Source: Gammaproteobacteria bacterium
Lineage (GTDB): Bacteria; Pseudomonadota; Gammaproteobacteria; JAJFKG01
NCBI GenBank assembly: GCA_965116795.1
Contig: OZ220716.1
Coordinates: 1,098,503 to 1,162,502, forward strand
DNA: 64,000 bases
Direction of reading: 5' to 3'
Position numbers and translations under genes: made by a program. The notes under the pieces were generated by a model. That model saw only the letters and a program-made list of their open reading frames with translations. It made no database searches and had not been told where the DNA came from. Position 1 is the stretch's first letter, and the number at the start of each line of letters is the position of its first letter. This document shows, in pieces, positions 18,767 through 29,756 of the stretch.

Positions 18767-19345
18767 ATGACATTTCTCATGTGTTTGTTCAGGAGAACGC
18801 CATTGAAAATTCACCTTGCTGCCTCTGAGTTATCATCGAGCTCAATCTCATCTAATCAAACTAACACCCCCACTTGCACCCATTTATCATTGGATGCATT
18901 ACGTAACGTTACCCATCCGGCTCATGGGTTTGCAATAACAGAAGGTATCGATGATGTGATCCTGATTAAGTTGCAATACAATTGTGGGGGTCAGCTTGAC
19001 ACGCATCAATCCAGTAACGTATGGGGCACATTGATTAAGAAAAATCAGCAACGGTGCATGCGGTATGCAGACATTATGCAAGGAACATTTGTGATGCAGC
19101 GTACCGCTAACTCAACCCCGATAACAGTTGATATTCATCCCGGGAAAGGGGTGATAACCATAGACGATAACCAAGATAACAATCTGTGTACTCTACCCGC
19201 GGTAATAGCCGAGATAAAGAAAATTGTTTGTAAGTGGATGAAGCAAGCGGGATTTGTGATCACACTTCCAGTGGCTTCATCAAGTGACAAGGGTATCGAA
19301 AAAAAAATCAGATCCCCATTTTCTCTATTGGGAAGCCCTAGCTAG
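18767..19345 (+). CDS. Hypothetical prophage protein
   Basis: 192-codon ORF, divergent from the recombinase operon. Confidence 0.55.
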   Translation: MTFLMCLFRRTPLKIHLAASELSSSSISSNQTNTPTCTHLSLDALRNVTHPAHGFAITEGIDDVILIKLQYNCGGQLDTHQSSNVWGTLIKKNQQRCMRYADIMQGTFVMQRTANSTPITVDIHPGKGVITIDDNQDNNLCTLPAVIAEIKKIVCKWMKQAGFVITLPVASSSDKGIEKKIRSPFSLLGSPS

Positions 19346-20306
19346 GTTGCCTCGTTATCAGCACAGTTATGTGTTTTTAATGCAACATTTCAATCAGAAC
19401 ATTGCTATCATTCAGTATTGGTTTGAGTCAACACGCTGGTTTGATCATATAACGTATGATAATCATCATGCTCAAGAAAAAGAATCGACGCGCTTGTATA
19501 ATGTGAGCTTATTAAAGTTAGCCAACTTCATCATAAAGGGGCTCAGTGAGCTCTCACTGTTTCGCCGTGCGATTCAGGTTGTGAATGCCGCGCCTCATTG
19601 TGTGCGCTTAGGCTTTTATAGCGTCAATCGTCGTGCAGCCCACTGTGTATTGTTAGGGATGGCTATCGATGAAGGTGAATTAGAGAAAATGATTAATTAT
19701 GTGCTTATCCAAGAGACACCAAGCGTGTTGTTACTGCCCTCTATCGATGATGTCTCCGCAGACAACTTGCAAGCGTTACGGATTAAAGGCAGTCAGGTTG
19801 TTGCACTGCAACAATGGCAAACCCAAGCGGTGTTGATTGACAAACAGCAGGTAGTTGATACGTTTAATGACATTCACAGAATAACAACACCGGTTAAATT
19901 ACGTCGCAATCCATCTGGCCAACCGTATCGTTTCCCAACACCCCCCGGTGCTAACTGGGAGGATTTCACTTTCCAATTCATTAATGGAGAAACAATACAG
20001 GTGACGTGTGATTGTGAAGGAGGTTATGCCAGTGAGAGCGTTAGCCTTGACAAACTTGAGCTGCTGGACAAGCGCAGTGATAAGCCTAATAAATTAGGGT
20101 TATTACTAAAAGCGTTTGCGCAAGGTCACGGCATGTTTAGTTGGCCGTATCAAGGTGTGACCAGTCAACAAAGGACGCTGAAATACGCCTTAGCTAAATC
20201 TTTACAAGCAAGCTTTGGGATATATGACAGTGATCCATTCGTTTGTGAGCAAGAAGATAGTGGCCGTGTCACCTATCAAGCGTTATTTAACGTACTACCA
20301 GAGTAA
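19284..20306 (+). CDS. Hypothetical prophage protein
   Basis: 340-codon ORF; C-terminal RFPTPPGANWED motif recalled from related prophage proteins. Confidence 0.65.
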   Translation: MTRVSKKKSDPHFLYWEALARLPRYQHSYVFLMQHFNQNIAIIQYWFESTRWFDHITYDNHHAQEKESTRLYNVSLLKLANFIIKGLSELSLFRRAIQVVNAAPHCVRLGFYSVNRRAAHCVLLGMAIDEGELEKMINYVLIQETPSVLLLPSIDDVSADNLQALRIKGSQVVALQQWQTQAVLIDKQQVVDTFNDIHRITTPVKLRRNPSGQPYRFPTPPGANWEDFTFQFINGETIQVTCDCEGGYASESVSLDKLELLDKRSDKPNKLGLLLKAFAQGHGMFSWPYQGVTSQQRTLKYALAKSLQASFGIYDSDPFVCEQEDSGRVTYQALFNVLPE

Positions 20307-20337
20307 ATGATGGTGTCCTGTGTATGGCATTTATTCT

Positions 20338-20601
20338 TTAAACAATTCTCGTTTTTTCATAAGTGGGTATATCCCGTGGTGTTAAGTTATCACATAAATG
20401 AGATGTTTCTGTGAGCATATCGGCTAAGCTACACAACACATCAAATAACTCTTGTTCTTTGATCTCTTTAGATCTAATAGTAATGTTAGCAATGTTCTTC
20501 ATCTGATGCAGTTTGGCACACAGTGCTTCATACGGGTTGCGATAATTATCATCATTGCTCTTTTCGGGACTATGAGGTTGCGGTAAAATGGGCTCACTCA
20601 T
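20338..20601 (-). CDS. Small hypothetical protein
   Basis: 87 aa with a strong SD (ggaggtg) upstream. Confidence 0.55.
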   Translation of the reverse strand: MSEPILPQPHSPEKSNDDNYRNPYEALCAKLHQMKNIANITIRSKEIKEQELFDVLCSLADMLTETSHLCDNLTPRDIPTYEKTRIV

Positions 20602-22436
20602 GACGTTTCACCTCCGTGTTAGGTTTTAAGGTTGTGATAGCCGCAGGAAGGTGGTACCAACACGTTTCTGCGGTGCCAATGATGATTGCTCGGTGTGATG
20701 GTAATAGCAACTTAAGTGATGAGCGTCAGAACGGTTATTACGCTGCTTAGCGACATTATATGCCGACTAGCCTAATTACCTTGCAAAATAAGGCATAACC
20801 TTGCCCTAATGAAGTGACACAACTATCCCGAATGCCTGCATGATTATTGACAATAATGGGTAACTTAGTCGTCTGTTAAAGCCGCTAATCCGGTTTGGAA
20901 TGCTGTAAAAAATAATTGACATGACAAAAACGCTATAGACGCTCTATACCCAACGAACTCAATGCAAGTGTCACCTTGCCCTACGCTACTTCACTAAACG
21001 TAATAAATGGCTTCTATGAAATACTTAACGATGTAAACGATATACAGCATACATAGGGCTCTAAAAAACGTACACAAACCCCTTAAAAAAACTTCACAAA
21101 ATATCTCTTGGCTCTAGAACAACTTTTCTCTAAAAGTCACTAGCAACACAAGTCATTAGCTTTACATTTTTCTCTGTGCCTAGTTTGGAATATCTCGGGT
21201 TCTAAACTGTTTGGTGAAATTGCACTTAACGCTTTGTTATTGGAGGGGTTATGCTGAGTATGAGTTTGTGGGTGTAACCTATATATTATAAATAATATAT
21301 ATAACGCTATAAACACTCTGTGTTTTATAGCTGTTGTAATGGAGTAATGGTTTGTAAACGAAAAGCAATAGGGGTTTAGGTTAAAATTACAATACCCCTA
21401 AAACGCTTATAGACGATTACTAGTACACTTACAGCCTAGAATTACGTAATAAAAGCAAATTAGACTTCAATCGTGAATGAAAGATGAATTATCACTGTTA
21501 ACGTGTTGCCATGTTATTTATGCAGGTGGAAAAATAGGGGGATTAAATAAATAATTTTACGCCGCGCTGCACCTGCAAACATAAAACCGTAACGATAGAA
21601 ATTCAATGCGCGATCGATTTTAAATGTCGCGCACAACAGCCGTACAAGATCGCTACACGCTTTTCTACGCATAAGACATGGGGTAGTGGCTCTTCAAGTT
21701 AAATCGTTGCTTGAATCGCTTTATTTTCAATTATGGTGAAGTGGTATTGTTAAGTGTGTAGTCTGGACTCACTTCATCTAAGCAAAACGTAAACGTAAAT
21801 GCTGTTAACACAAACGCGAATTGCAAAACGTTTACGCCTTTGTCAATGCAAGACGTTAACAAGCTGTTGTGTATTTCGCTAAGACGAGTTGCAAGTTAAT
21901 GCATGATGAATAACAGGCAAGTAGATCACCTATTTCAATTGCATTTATTCTAGGTTTTTACCGTTATTTTTATGCTTATGCCAGGGCATAGGGGAGTCTA
22001 ACTTTTGCTATTTTTGGCAAATGACAAGTTTAAGTACACCGTGTTATTTACGAAATGATGAGGTTATCGTGCAATGTTTTAATTGCAACAAAAAAGCGAT
22101 TTTGTGTTAGACTTTTTGTTAACGTCGGAAGTGGTTTACATAACGCAAGTGCAAGTAACACGACTGATTGTTAACGTTACGATATACAAGTTAGCTCAGC
22201 TAATACGTTACAATGAACGTTAACAAAAGTTTGTCATTAACATGAATGAACACACACATGTTAATAGCAACTTGAATATGTTGTCGTGCAACAACTTTTT
22301 TGTAGAGACGATAACAAAACGTGATAGATATAGATTACATAGATGTGTTAACAACGGGGGCGTGAAAACACGATACAAACAGCAGATAGCTGAATACAAA
22401 TCGGCACTAGAACATCTTAGACAATCAAACACCTAC

Positions 22437-22860
22437 GGGTCCTTCCTCGGGCTGAAACGCATACGGGCTCCTGCAGCGCAATATTTCGCTAGCGTTAGAA
22501 CAAAAAAAGTGGTTTGTGGTTTGCACCCTTATCATACAAAAACCCAATAAAATCAAATGCTTAACTCACAAAATTCACCATAAATGCTCTAAACTGGGTT
22601 TGCACCAAATTATAGCTAACTCATTGAATTTTTAGACATTATATTGAAAAAATGGACTGCAAACCTAAACAGCAACCAAGTTTGCAGCTATTCTAGGTTA
22701 ACTCATTGAATTTTAAGTATTATTTCTGAAAAAACCCTTGCAAACCCGTCAATCAACAGGGTTTGCAGTTAATTTATCTAACTCATTGAATTTACAGCTT
22801 TTTACCTAACTTTCAGTGCAACCTCCCACCTGACAGGGTTTGCACGTTAGGTTGCACTTG
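22437..22860 (+). other. Lambda-like cos packaging region (cosQ/cosN/cosB-like)
   Basis: GGGTCCT at 22437, then TACG-GGCTCCTGCAG-CGC and TTTCGCTA; IHF consensus AATCAAATGCTTA at 22551; repeated (g)gtttgca boxes; taactcattgaattt three times. Confidence 0.7.
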
Positions 22861-22887
22861 GCTCAACCCACTTGAAAAGGATTTACC

Positions 22888-24153
22888 ATGGACTTGACGG
22901 TTCAACAGACACCACTGGAACAATTGATCCCGTATGCCCGTAATGCACGCACTCACAGCGAGAACCAAGTGGCACAAATCGCGGCTTCCATTGCCGAGTT
23001 TGGTTTTGTGAATCCGGTATTGATTGGCAGTGACAATGTCATCATTGCAGGTCATGGTCGTGTGCTCGCTGCACAACAACTGAAACTTGAAACTGTCCCA
23101 ACGATTGCTCTTGTGCACTTAAATGAAAATCAACGCCGTGCCTTGGTGATTGCCGATAACAAGCTGGCTGAGAATGCCGCTTGGGATGAGGAACTGCTGC
23201 GTTTGGAATTGCAAAGTTTAATCGATGATGATTTCAACGTTGACCTGCTTGGCTTTGATGACGTTGATTTAGATGCGCTGTTGTCTGATATTAACAGCGA
23301 TGATGCCACTATTGTTGAAGAGACAATCCCTGAACCCCAAGCGGATCCTGTGAGTAAGGTCGGCGATGTTTGGATATTAGGTGATCATCGGTTACTGTGT
23401 GGTGATGCCACTAATCCTGGCGTACTCCAGACGCTGATGAATGATGAATTGGCCGACATGGTCTTTACCGATCCACCGTATAACGTCAATTACGATGATA
23501 AAGACAAATATCCTACTGGGCGTACTGGCAAGGCCAAGCGCACAATCTTAAACGATAATCTTGGCAATGACTTTGAAACATTCCTCATGGCTGCTTGCAA
23601 CAACATGCTTACCTACACCAAAGGGGCATGTTACATCTGCATGAGTTCCAGTGAACTCGATACCTTACGACGTGCTTTCTGCAATGCGGGTGGCAAGTGG
23701 TCAACCTTTATCATTTGGGCGAAGAATACCTTTACGTTAGGCCGCTCTGATTATCAACGTCAATATGAACCGATGTTGTATGGTTGGAAAAGTGGAAACG
23801 ATCACTACTGGTGTGGTGCACGCGATCAGGGAGATGTGTGGTTTTTCAATAAACCGCGCAAGAACGATCTACATCCGACAATGAAGCCAGTGGAGTTAGT
23901 GATCCGTGCGATTAAGAACTCCAGCAAAACCCATGATATTATTCTTGATCCTTTCGCTGGCTCTGGTTCAACCTTAATCGCCGCTGAACAAACCGGACGA
24001 CGGGCACGATTAATAGAGTTAGATCCACGCTATGTCGATGTGATCATTCAACGCTGGCAAACTCTAACAGGTAAACAAGCTTACCAGCAAGATACCCAAC
24101 AACCGTATGATGCATTGCAGGCGCAGCAAACCACCGTTGCCAATTTAACCTAA
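22888..24153 (+). CDS. ParB-like N-terminal domain + N6/N4 DNA methyltransferase
   Basis: PYARNAR...IIAGHGR; DPPY; HPTMKP; DPFAGSGST. Confidence 0.93.
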   Translation: MDLTVQQTPLEQLIPYARNARTHSENQVAQIAASIAEFGFVNPVLIGSDNVIIAGHGRVLAAQQLKLETVPTIALVHLNENQRRALVIADNKLAENAAWDEELLRLELQSLIDDDFNVDLLGFDDVDLDALLSDINSDDATIVEETIPEPQADPVSKVGDVWILGDHRLLCGDATNPGVLQTLMNDELADMVFTDPPYNVNYDDKDKYPTGRTGKAKRTILNDNLGNDFETFLMAACNNMLTYTKGACYICMSSSELDTLRRAFCNAGGKWSTFIIWAKNTFTLGRSDYQRQYEPMLYGWKSGNDHYWCGARDQGDVWFFNKPRKNDLHPTMKPVELVIRAIKNSSKTHDIILDPFAGSGSTLIAAEQTGRRARLIELDPRYVDVIIQRWQTLTGKQAYQQDTQQPYDALQAQQTTVANLT

Positions 24154-24168
24154 GGGAGGATAACCCAC

Positions 24169-24711
24169 ATGGGTGTTTCTATTCGAGAATATGCCAGACA
24201 ACGTGGTGTCAGCGATACGGCGGTTCGCAAAGCTATTAAGCAAGGGCGCATTAGCAAAGAGCCTGATGGTAGCATTAACATTAAACGTGCCGATAAACAA
24301 TGGCGTACCAATACCGTTAATCCCCAGACCAACATTATGAAACCCGTGCCTGCCTCTGCCCTGCAAGATGTGGCCACAACGTTGCGTGAAAATGGCCAAA
24401 CACCTGGCGCACAGGGCAGCACCTATTTGGAAGCCAAGACGGCCAATGAAATCATCAAAGCTCAAACCAATCGGCTGCGCTTTAAGCAACTCAAAGGTGA
24501 ATTAATTGACAGGAAAACAGCGTGTGATCACGTCTTTCAGCTGGGACGACAAGAGCGCGATGCTTGGGCTTCTTGGCCAGCGCGCATTGCCAGTCAGATG
24601 GCAGCAGAGCAGGATGATTTACATGATCCATACCGATTGCAAATTATTCTTGAACGTTACGTACGTGAACATCTGACTGAGTTAAGTACCCTTGAACCAC
24701 ATTTTCAATAA
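24169..24711 (+). CDS. Terminase small subunit (Nu1-like)
   Basis: N-terminal HTH (SIREYARQRGVSDTAVRKAI); immediately precedes GpA. Confidence 0.75.
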   Translation: MGVSIREYARQRGVSDTAVRKAIKQGRISKEPDGSINIKRADKQWRTNTVNPQTNIMKPVPASALQDVATTLRENGQTPGAQGSTYLEAKTANEIIKAQTNRLRFKQLKGELIDRKTACDHVFQLGRQERDAWASWPARIASQMAAEQDDLHDPYRLQIILERYVREHLTELSTLEPHFQ

Positions 24712-24720
24712 AGCAAATTT

Positions 24721-26748
24721 ATGCGCGAGCAAGTGATTATTACCTCATGGCAATCGAGTCTTAGCCCCGATTGCTTTTTAACGATCTCACAATGGGCAGA
24801 TGAGTATCGCACCTTATCACCCAAAGCCGCGGCAGAGCCTGGGCGTTGGCGCACCCATCGTACACCGTATTTGCGTGAGATTATGGATGCGTTATCCCCG
24901 CACTCGCCGATTCAGCGGGTTATCTTTATGAAAGGGGCGCAGATTGGTGGGACTGAAGCGGGAAATAATTGGATTGGCTATGTGATACATCTATCACCTG
25001 CGCCAATGATGGCGGTGGCTCCAACAACGGAGTTAGCTAAACGTAATTCTAAGCAGCGTATTGATCCACTTATTGAAGATTGCGCCGCATTAAAAGAGAG
25101 AGTAAAACCCGCACGTTCGCGTGATTCAGGCAATACCGTGTTATCAAAAGACTTCCCGGGTGGTGTGTTAGTAATGACTGGTGCCAACTCAGCAGTTGGG
25201 TTACGTTCTATGCCAGCACGTTATCTATTTATGGATGAAGTGGACGGTTACCCAGGAGACATCGAAGGTGAAGGTGATCCGATTGTATTAGCCGAAAGAC
25301 GCAGTGCCACCTTTCAAACCAGGCGCAAAATATTTTTAGTCAGCACACCAACGCTCAAAGGCTTATCACGAATTAATCGTGAGTTTGAGCAGACTGACCA
25401 GCGTTACTATCATATACCGTGTCCACATTGTCAGCATTTCCAAGCATTACGTTTTGGTCAATTACGTTGGGAGGAAGGTCATCCTGTTGATGTTGCTTAC
25501 CAATGTGAGTCATGCGATGAACACATTGCAGAGCACCATAAAACAGATTTATTAGCTAACGGTAAATGGGTGGCTACGAATGATAATCCGCAACAACGCC
25601 ATACCGTTGGTTATCACTTATCAAGTTTGTATAGCCCGATTGGGTGGTTTAGTTGGTCAGATGCAGCGAGTCTTTATGAACAAGCTAAAGCGCATCCTGA
25701 GCTCATGAAAAGTTTTGTGAATACCGTATTAGGAGAGCCGTATGAAGAAGAACACGATGCACCGGACTGGGAAGCAATTTACTGCAGACGCGAAACGTAT
25801 CCACAAGGTATTGTCCCGCCTGGTGGATTGTTTCTTACAGCTGGTGTTGATATTCAAAAAGACCGTATTGAGTGTGAAGTCACTGCTTGGTCGCGTGATA
25901 AGCAAAGCTGGTCAGTTGATTATAAAGTGTTGGCAGGTGATACAGCACGTGCTGATGTCTGGCGACAATTAGAAGCCGTATTACAACACGATTGGCCGCA
26001 TGCATCCGGGCATACGATGCCTATTAGAGTGATGGCGGTTGATAGCGGTTATGCCACTCAAGAAGTGTATAACTGGGTACGCCAACACTCACAAGCGATT
26101 TGGGGTGGCGGCGGTGCCAGAGCCAACCAGCCGCGCACTGTTGTTGCAGTGAAAGGACGTGATAGAGATACGGCACTTATTTTGAGTGTCTCCAAAGTCG
26201 ATGTCAGTGGCAGACGTCGCGGATTACGTGTATGGAATGTCTCCAGCTCCATTGCCAAGGTAGAATTCTATCGCTGGTTAAAGTTGGAATGCTCCATTAG
26301 CGATGATGATAGCCAACCTACCGGTGCTCCGGCAGGCTATTGTCATTTCCCGCAATACGAGCCAGAATATTTCAAACAACTAACCGCCGAGAAACGTATT
26401 ATTCGCGTACACCACGGTTATCCTAAAGCCGTCTGGGAGAAAGACCCAACACGACGCAACGAAGCCTTAGATTGTCGCGTCTATGCCAGAGCCGCAGCCA
26501 GTATTTATGGCTTAGACCGATTTAATGAGCACCATTGGCAACAGTTTGAAGCGGCATTAGGGAAACCAGTACCAGAAAAAAGTGATGTAGAAACATCAAC
26601 GTTAACAGCAACACCAACAAAAGTTGTCACAACGCCACCATCGGGTAGAAGTGCCTTCTTGCGGGCGATGATACAACAACGCCCCATGCAATTACCGGAT
26701 GACCCTTACCTACAAGGGGATGATGACTTTGATGTGACTGATTTTTAG
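24721..26748 (+). CDS. Terminase large subunit, GpA family
   Basis: KGAQIGGTE, DEVDGYP, STPT, CPHC, GVDIQ, VDSG, NEALDC. Confidence 0.95.
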   Translation: MREQVIITSWQSSLSPDCFLTISQWADEYRTLSPKAAAEPGRWRTHRTPYLREIMDALSPHSPIQRVIFMKGAQIGGTEAGNNWIGYVIHLSPAPMMAVAPTTELAKRNSKQRIDPLIEDCAALKERVKPARSRDSGNTVLSKDFPGGVLVMTGANSAVGLRSMPARYLFMDEVDGYPGDIEGEGDPIVLAERRSATFQTRRKIFLVSTPTLKGLSRINREFEQTDQRYYHIPCPHCQHFQALRFGQLRWEEGHPVDVAYQCESCDEHIAEHHKTDLLANGKWVATNDNPQQRHTVGYHLSSLYSPIGWFSWSDAASLYEQAKAHPELMKSFVNTVLGEPYEEEHDAPDWEAIYCRRETYPQGIVPPGGLFLTAGVDIQKDRIECEVTAWSRDKQSWSVDYKVLAGDTARADVWRQLEAVLQHDWPHASGHTMPIRVMAVDSGYATQEVYNWVRQHSQAIWGGGGARANQPRTVVAVKGRDRDTALILSVSKVDVSGRRRGLRVWNVSSSIAKVEFYRWLKLECSISDDDSQPTGAPAGYCHFPQYEPEYFKQLTAEKRIIRVHHGYPKAVWEKDPTRRNEALDCRVYARAAASIYGLDRFNEHHWQQFEAALGKPVPEKSDVETSTLTATPTKVVTTPPSGRSAFLRAMIQQRPMQLPDDPYLQGDDDFDVTDF

Positions 26749-26758
26749 GAAAAGTACT

Positions 26759-26992
26759 ATGCCTGTTACCGACTTAACAACATTGCAGACACGATTAAAG
26801 GAAGCCGAAAACGCCTATCATTTATTAATGACAGGGAGTCAAGAAGTCAGTGTGCATATCGATGGCTATGGGTCTGTCACCTATACCTCCACCAACATGA
26901 CACAGTTAGAGCGCTACATCACCAATTTAAAAATGATGCTGACTCAGCAATCCGGTCGTGGTGGACGTAAAGCCATTTTTGTCGAGTTTTAA
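26759..26992 (+). CDS. gpW-like head-tail joining protein
   Basis: AYHLLMTG...VTY; lies between terminase and portal. Confidence 0.8.
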   Translation: MPVTDLTTLQTRLKEAENAYHLLMTGSQEVSVHIDGYGSVTYTSTNMTQLERYITNLKMMLTQQSGRGGRKAIFVEF

Positions 26993-26993
26993 T

Positions 26994-28505
26994 ATGCGCA
27001 TGTATCCAAGCAAACACGCTGATACGGCGCACCGTGGTGCATCGCATAGCGCTAGCGAATTACGCTCCTGGCAGCCGCCAAAAGGGTCAGCCGACAGTGA
27101 TTTGTTGCCAGAGCTTGATACATTAGTATCGCGTTCACGTGACTTAGTTCGCAATCACGGTGTCGCCAGTGGTGCGATACAAACGCTAACCGACAATATT
27201 GTTGGCTCTGGGTTACGCTTAGCGGCGCGGCCTGATTATGTAGTATTAGGTAAAACAAAAGAATGGGCTGATGCGTGGGCACGGCAAGTGGAATCTCACT
27301 TTCGCACCTGGGCAGAGTCAACAACCTGTGATGCCGCGAACTCATTGACATTTTCTGGGCTCACGATACAAATATTTCGTTCGTCCATGTTAAATGGTGA
27401 AGCGTTAGCATTGCCATTGTGGTTGCCAAACAGAGGTGAGTTTGCAACAACACTACAATTAGTAGAACCGGATAGGTTAAGCAATCCCAATGGCGAACAA
27501 GATAATCAAACGTTGCGCGGTGGTATTGAGATTAATCAATACGGTGCACCGGTGGCATATTGGATTAAACGCACCCATCCTGGTGACACATTTATGCTGG
27601 CGCAAGATGATGATTGGCAACGACTTTCAGCAACAACCAAGTTTGGTCGCCAACGTGTGATACACATTCATGATAAAGAGCGCACGGGACAAACGCGTGG
27701 CAAACCGCTGTTAACCAGCGTGTTGCCATTATTTAAAACACTAGACCATTACGAACGCAGTGAATTACAAGCCGCGGTTGTTAATGCGATGATAGCCGCC
27801 TTTGTAGAAACCCCGCTAGATAATGATGCCATTAGTGATTTATTTGGGGGTGATGTTAACGATTACATGAAAGCACGTAATGAATGGCGATTGCGTTTAC
27901 AAAGCGGTGCCATTATTCCGGTATTTCCTGGCGATAAAGTCTCTGCCTTTACCCCAAGCCGACCTAACAGTGGCTATGGCCAGTTCGTGGAGAATGTACT
28001 GCGTCACATTGGCACCGGACTCAACCTCCCGTTTGAACTGTTAATGAAGGATTTCTCTAAAACCAATTACTCCAGTGCTCGCGCTGCGCTAATGGAAGCG
28101 TGGCGCTTTTTTTCAGGGCGCAGGCAATGGTTAGCGACGTACTGGGCAAGACCGGTGTATGCGTTGTGGTTAGAGGAAGCCATTAACAAAGGATTGATTG
28201 AAGCTCCCAATTTCTATCAACAAAAACAAGCTTGGACGCGCTCTAAGTGGATTGGTTCCGGCAGGGGTTGGATTGACCCTGTCAAAGAAGCACAAGCCTC
28301 AAACATTCGGATGAATATTGGATTATCCACATTAGAAGAAGAATGCGCGGCGCAAGGTTTGGATTGGGAAGAAGTGTTAGAGCAGCGTGCTCGTGAGCAG
28401 GCCAAGCAAAAAGAATTGGGCTTAACCATAGATAACACCGTTGCCCCTTCACCTAAAAAACCGAATAACGATACGGTTAATGACGACGACACGAATACCA
28501 TTTAA
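26994..28505 (+). CDS. Portal protein, lambda family
   Basis: RSRDLVRN, GQTRG, NYSSARAAL, WIDPVKE. Confidence 0.93.
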   Translation: MRMYPSKHADTAHRGASHSASELRSWQPPKGSADSDLLPELDTLVSRSRDLVRNHGVASGAIQTLTDNIVGSGLRLAARPDYVVLGKTKEWADAWARQVESHFRTWAESTTCDAANSLTFSGLTIQIFRSSMLNGEALALPLWLPNRGEFATTLQLVEPDRLSNPNGEQDNQTLRGGIEINQYGAPVAYWIKRTHPGDTFMLAQDDDWQRLSATTKFGRQRVIHIHDKERTGQTRGKPLLTSVLPLFKTLDHYERSELQAAVVNAMIAAFVETPLDNDAISDLFGGDVNDYMKARNEWRLRLQSGAIIPVFPGDKVSAFTPSRPNSGYGQFVENVLRHIGTGLNLPFELLMKDFSKTNYSSARAALMEAWRFFSGRRQWLATYWARPVYALWLEEAINKGLIEAPNFYQQKQAWTRSKWIGSGRGWIDPVKEAQASNIRMNIGLSTLEEECAAQGLDWEEVLEQRAREQAKQKELGLTIDNTVAPSPKKPNNDTVNDDDTNTI

Positions 28506-28525
28506 CCACTCAAAGGAAATAGACT

Positions 28526-29707
28526 ATGCGCGCTTGGAACAAAGCCACCGGCGAGCCGTGGGCGATTACCCATGATGCTTTAAGTAACATACTTGATATT
28601 GCGGCAAGGCAAAACCAATCACCAGAAGTCGTCGCGGCTAAGTTAGGCCGTGAGTTACAGAACACGCGCCAGATGACAATTAATAACGGTGTAGCGGTGA
28701 TTCCGGTTGTTGGTGCCTTGTTTCGTTACGCCAACGTATTTACCCAAGTCAGTGGCGCATCCTCTTACGAGTTAATTGCCACCGATTTCAGAGATGCGTT
28801 TGCCGATAACGATGTGCAGTCCATTGTGCTTAACATTGATTCGCCAGGGGGCGAAGTGAATGGCTGTTGTGATTTGGCGCAAACCATTTATGAAGCCAGA
28901 GGTAAGAAGCCGATCATTGCCTATGCCTCTGGTGATGTGGCGTCGGGGGCGTATTGGATAGCAAGCGCTTGCGACAACATTATTGTTTCTAAGACTAGCA
29001 GCGTTGGCTCGATTGGCGTTGTTGGTGTGTACCGTGTTAACAAAGATGACAATAGCATTGAGATTGTCTCATCACAAAGCCCGCATAAACGTGTTGACAT
29101 CCAAACCGATGAGGGTCGTGCACGACTGCAACAACGCATTGATGCCATGGCCAATGTATTCATTGAAGCCGTTGCTACCTATCGCAACATTTCAGCTGAA
29201 TCAGTACAACAACGCTACGGCGGTGGTGATGTATTTATTGGTGAAGATGCCGTTAAGCAAGGCTTAGCCGATAACATCAACACATTCGATAACTTGCTTG
29301 CTGGGCTGCAACAGCAAACTTCTCAACCCATTTATTCACACTCACAGGAGATATCTACTATGACTGATAAAACATCTGAAAATACTGTATCAACCGATGC
29401 AGCAAATTTACTAGAAAAAGGCAAAATGCAAGAACGCGCTCGCATTCAAGCCATCTTAACGTGTGACGTCGCTAAGCATCGGCAACGATTAGCACAACAC
29501 CTAGCCTTTGCAACCAACATGGATGTCGAGCTTGCTAAACAAACGTTAGCTTCTGCCTCTACATCATCACCCCAAACAAATGATACCACTGGCTTTCAAG
29601 CGGCAATGAACAAACTTGAGAATCCCGACATTGTGCCAGGCAGTGCATCGGATAACGATGAAGCCGATGAAATTGATGCGGCTGTTAAACGCATCGCGAG
29701 TTATTAA
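28526..29707 (+). CDS. S49 family capsid maturation protease (gpC-like) with C-terminal scaffold
   Basis: IDSPGGEV, ASGAYWIASA, GSIGV. Confidence 0.92.
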   Translation: MRAWNKATGEPWAITHDALSNILDIAARQNQSPEVVAAKLGRELQNTRQMTINNGVAVIPVVGALFRYANVFTQVSGASSYELIATDFRDAFADNDVQSIVLNIDSPGGEVNGCCDLAQTIYEARGKKPIIAYASGDVASGAYWIASACDNIIVSKTSSVGSIGVVGVYRVNKDDNSIEIVSSQSPHKRVDIQTDEGRARLQQRIDAMANVFIEAVATYRNISAESVQQRYGGGDVFIGEDAVKQGLADNINTFDNLLAGLQQQTSQPIYSHSQEISTMTDKTSENTVSTDAANLLEKGKMQERARIQAILTCDVAKHRQRLAQHLAFATNMDVELAKQTLASASTSSPQTNDTTGFQAAMNKLENPDIVPGSASDNDEADEIDAAVKRIASY

Positions 29708-29756
29708 TGGCACTTTGGATAATTGCATTTCTATTGATTAGGAGGAGGAAACCATC

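Noticed and set aside
19284-19345. Frameshift at the A9 run fusing 18767 and 19284
   Set aside because: It would need a +1 shift, and both ORFs look like separate prophage genes; it cannot be excluded without homologues.
22242-22550. 102-aa ORF
   Set aside because: Overlaps the cos-like site and has no motif support.
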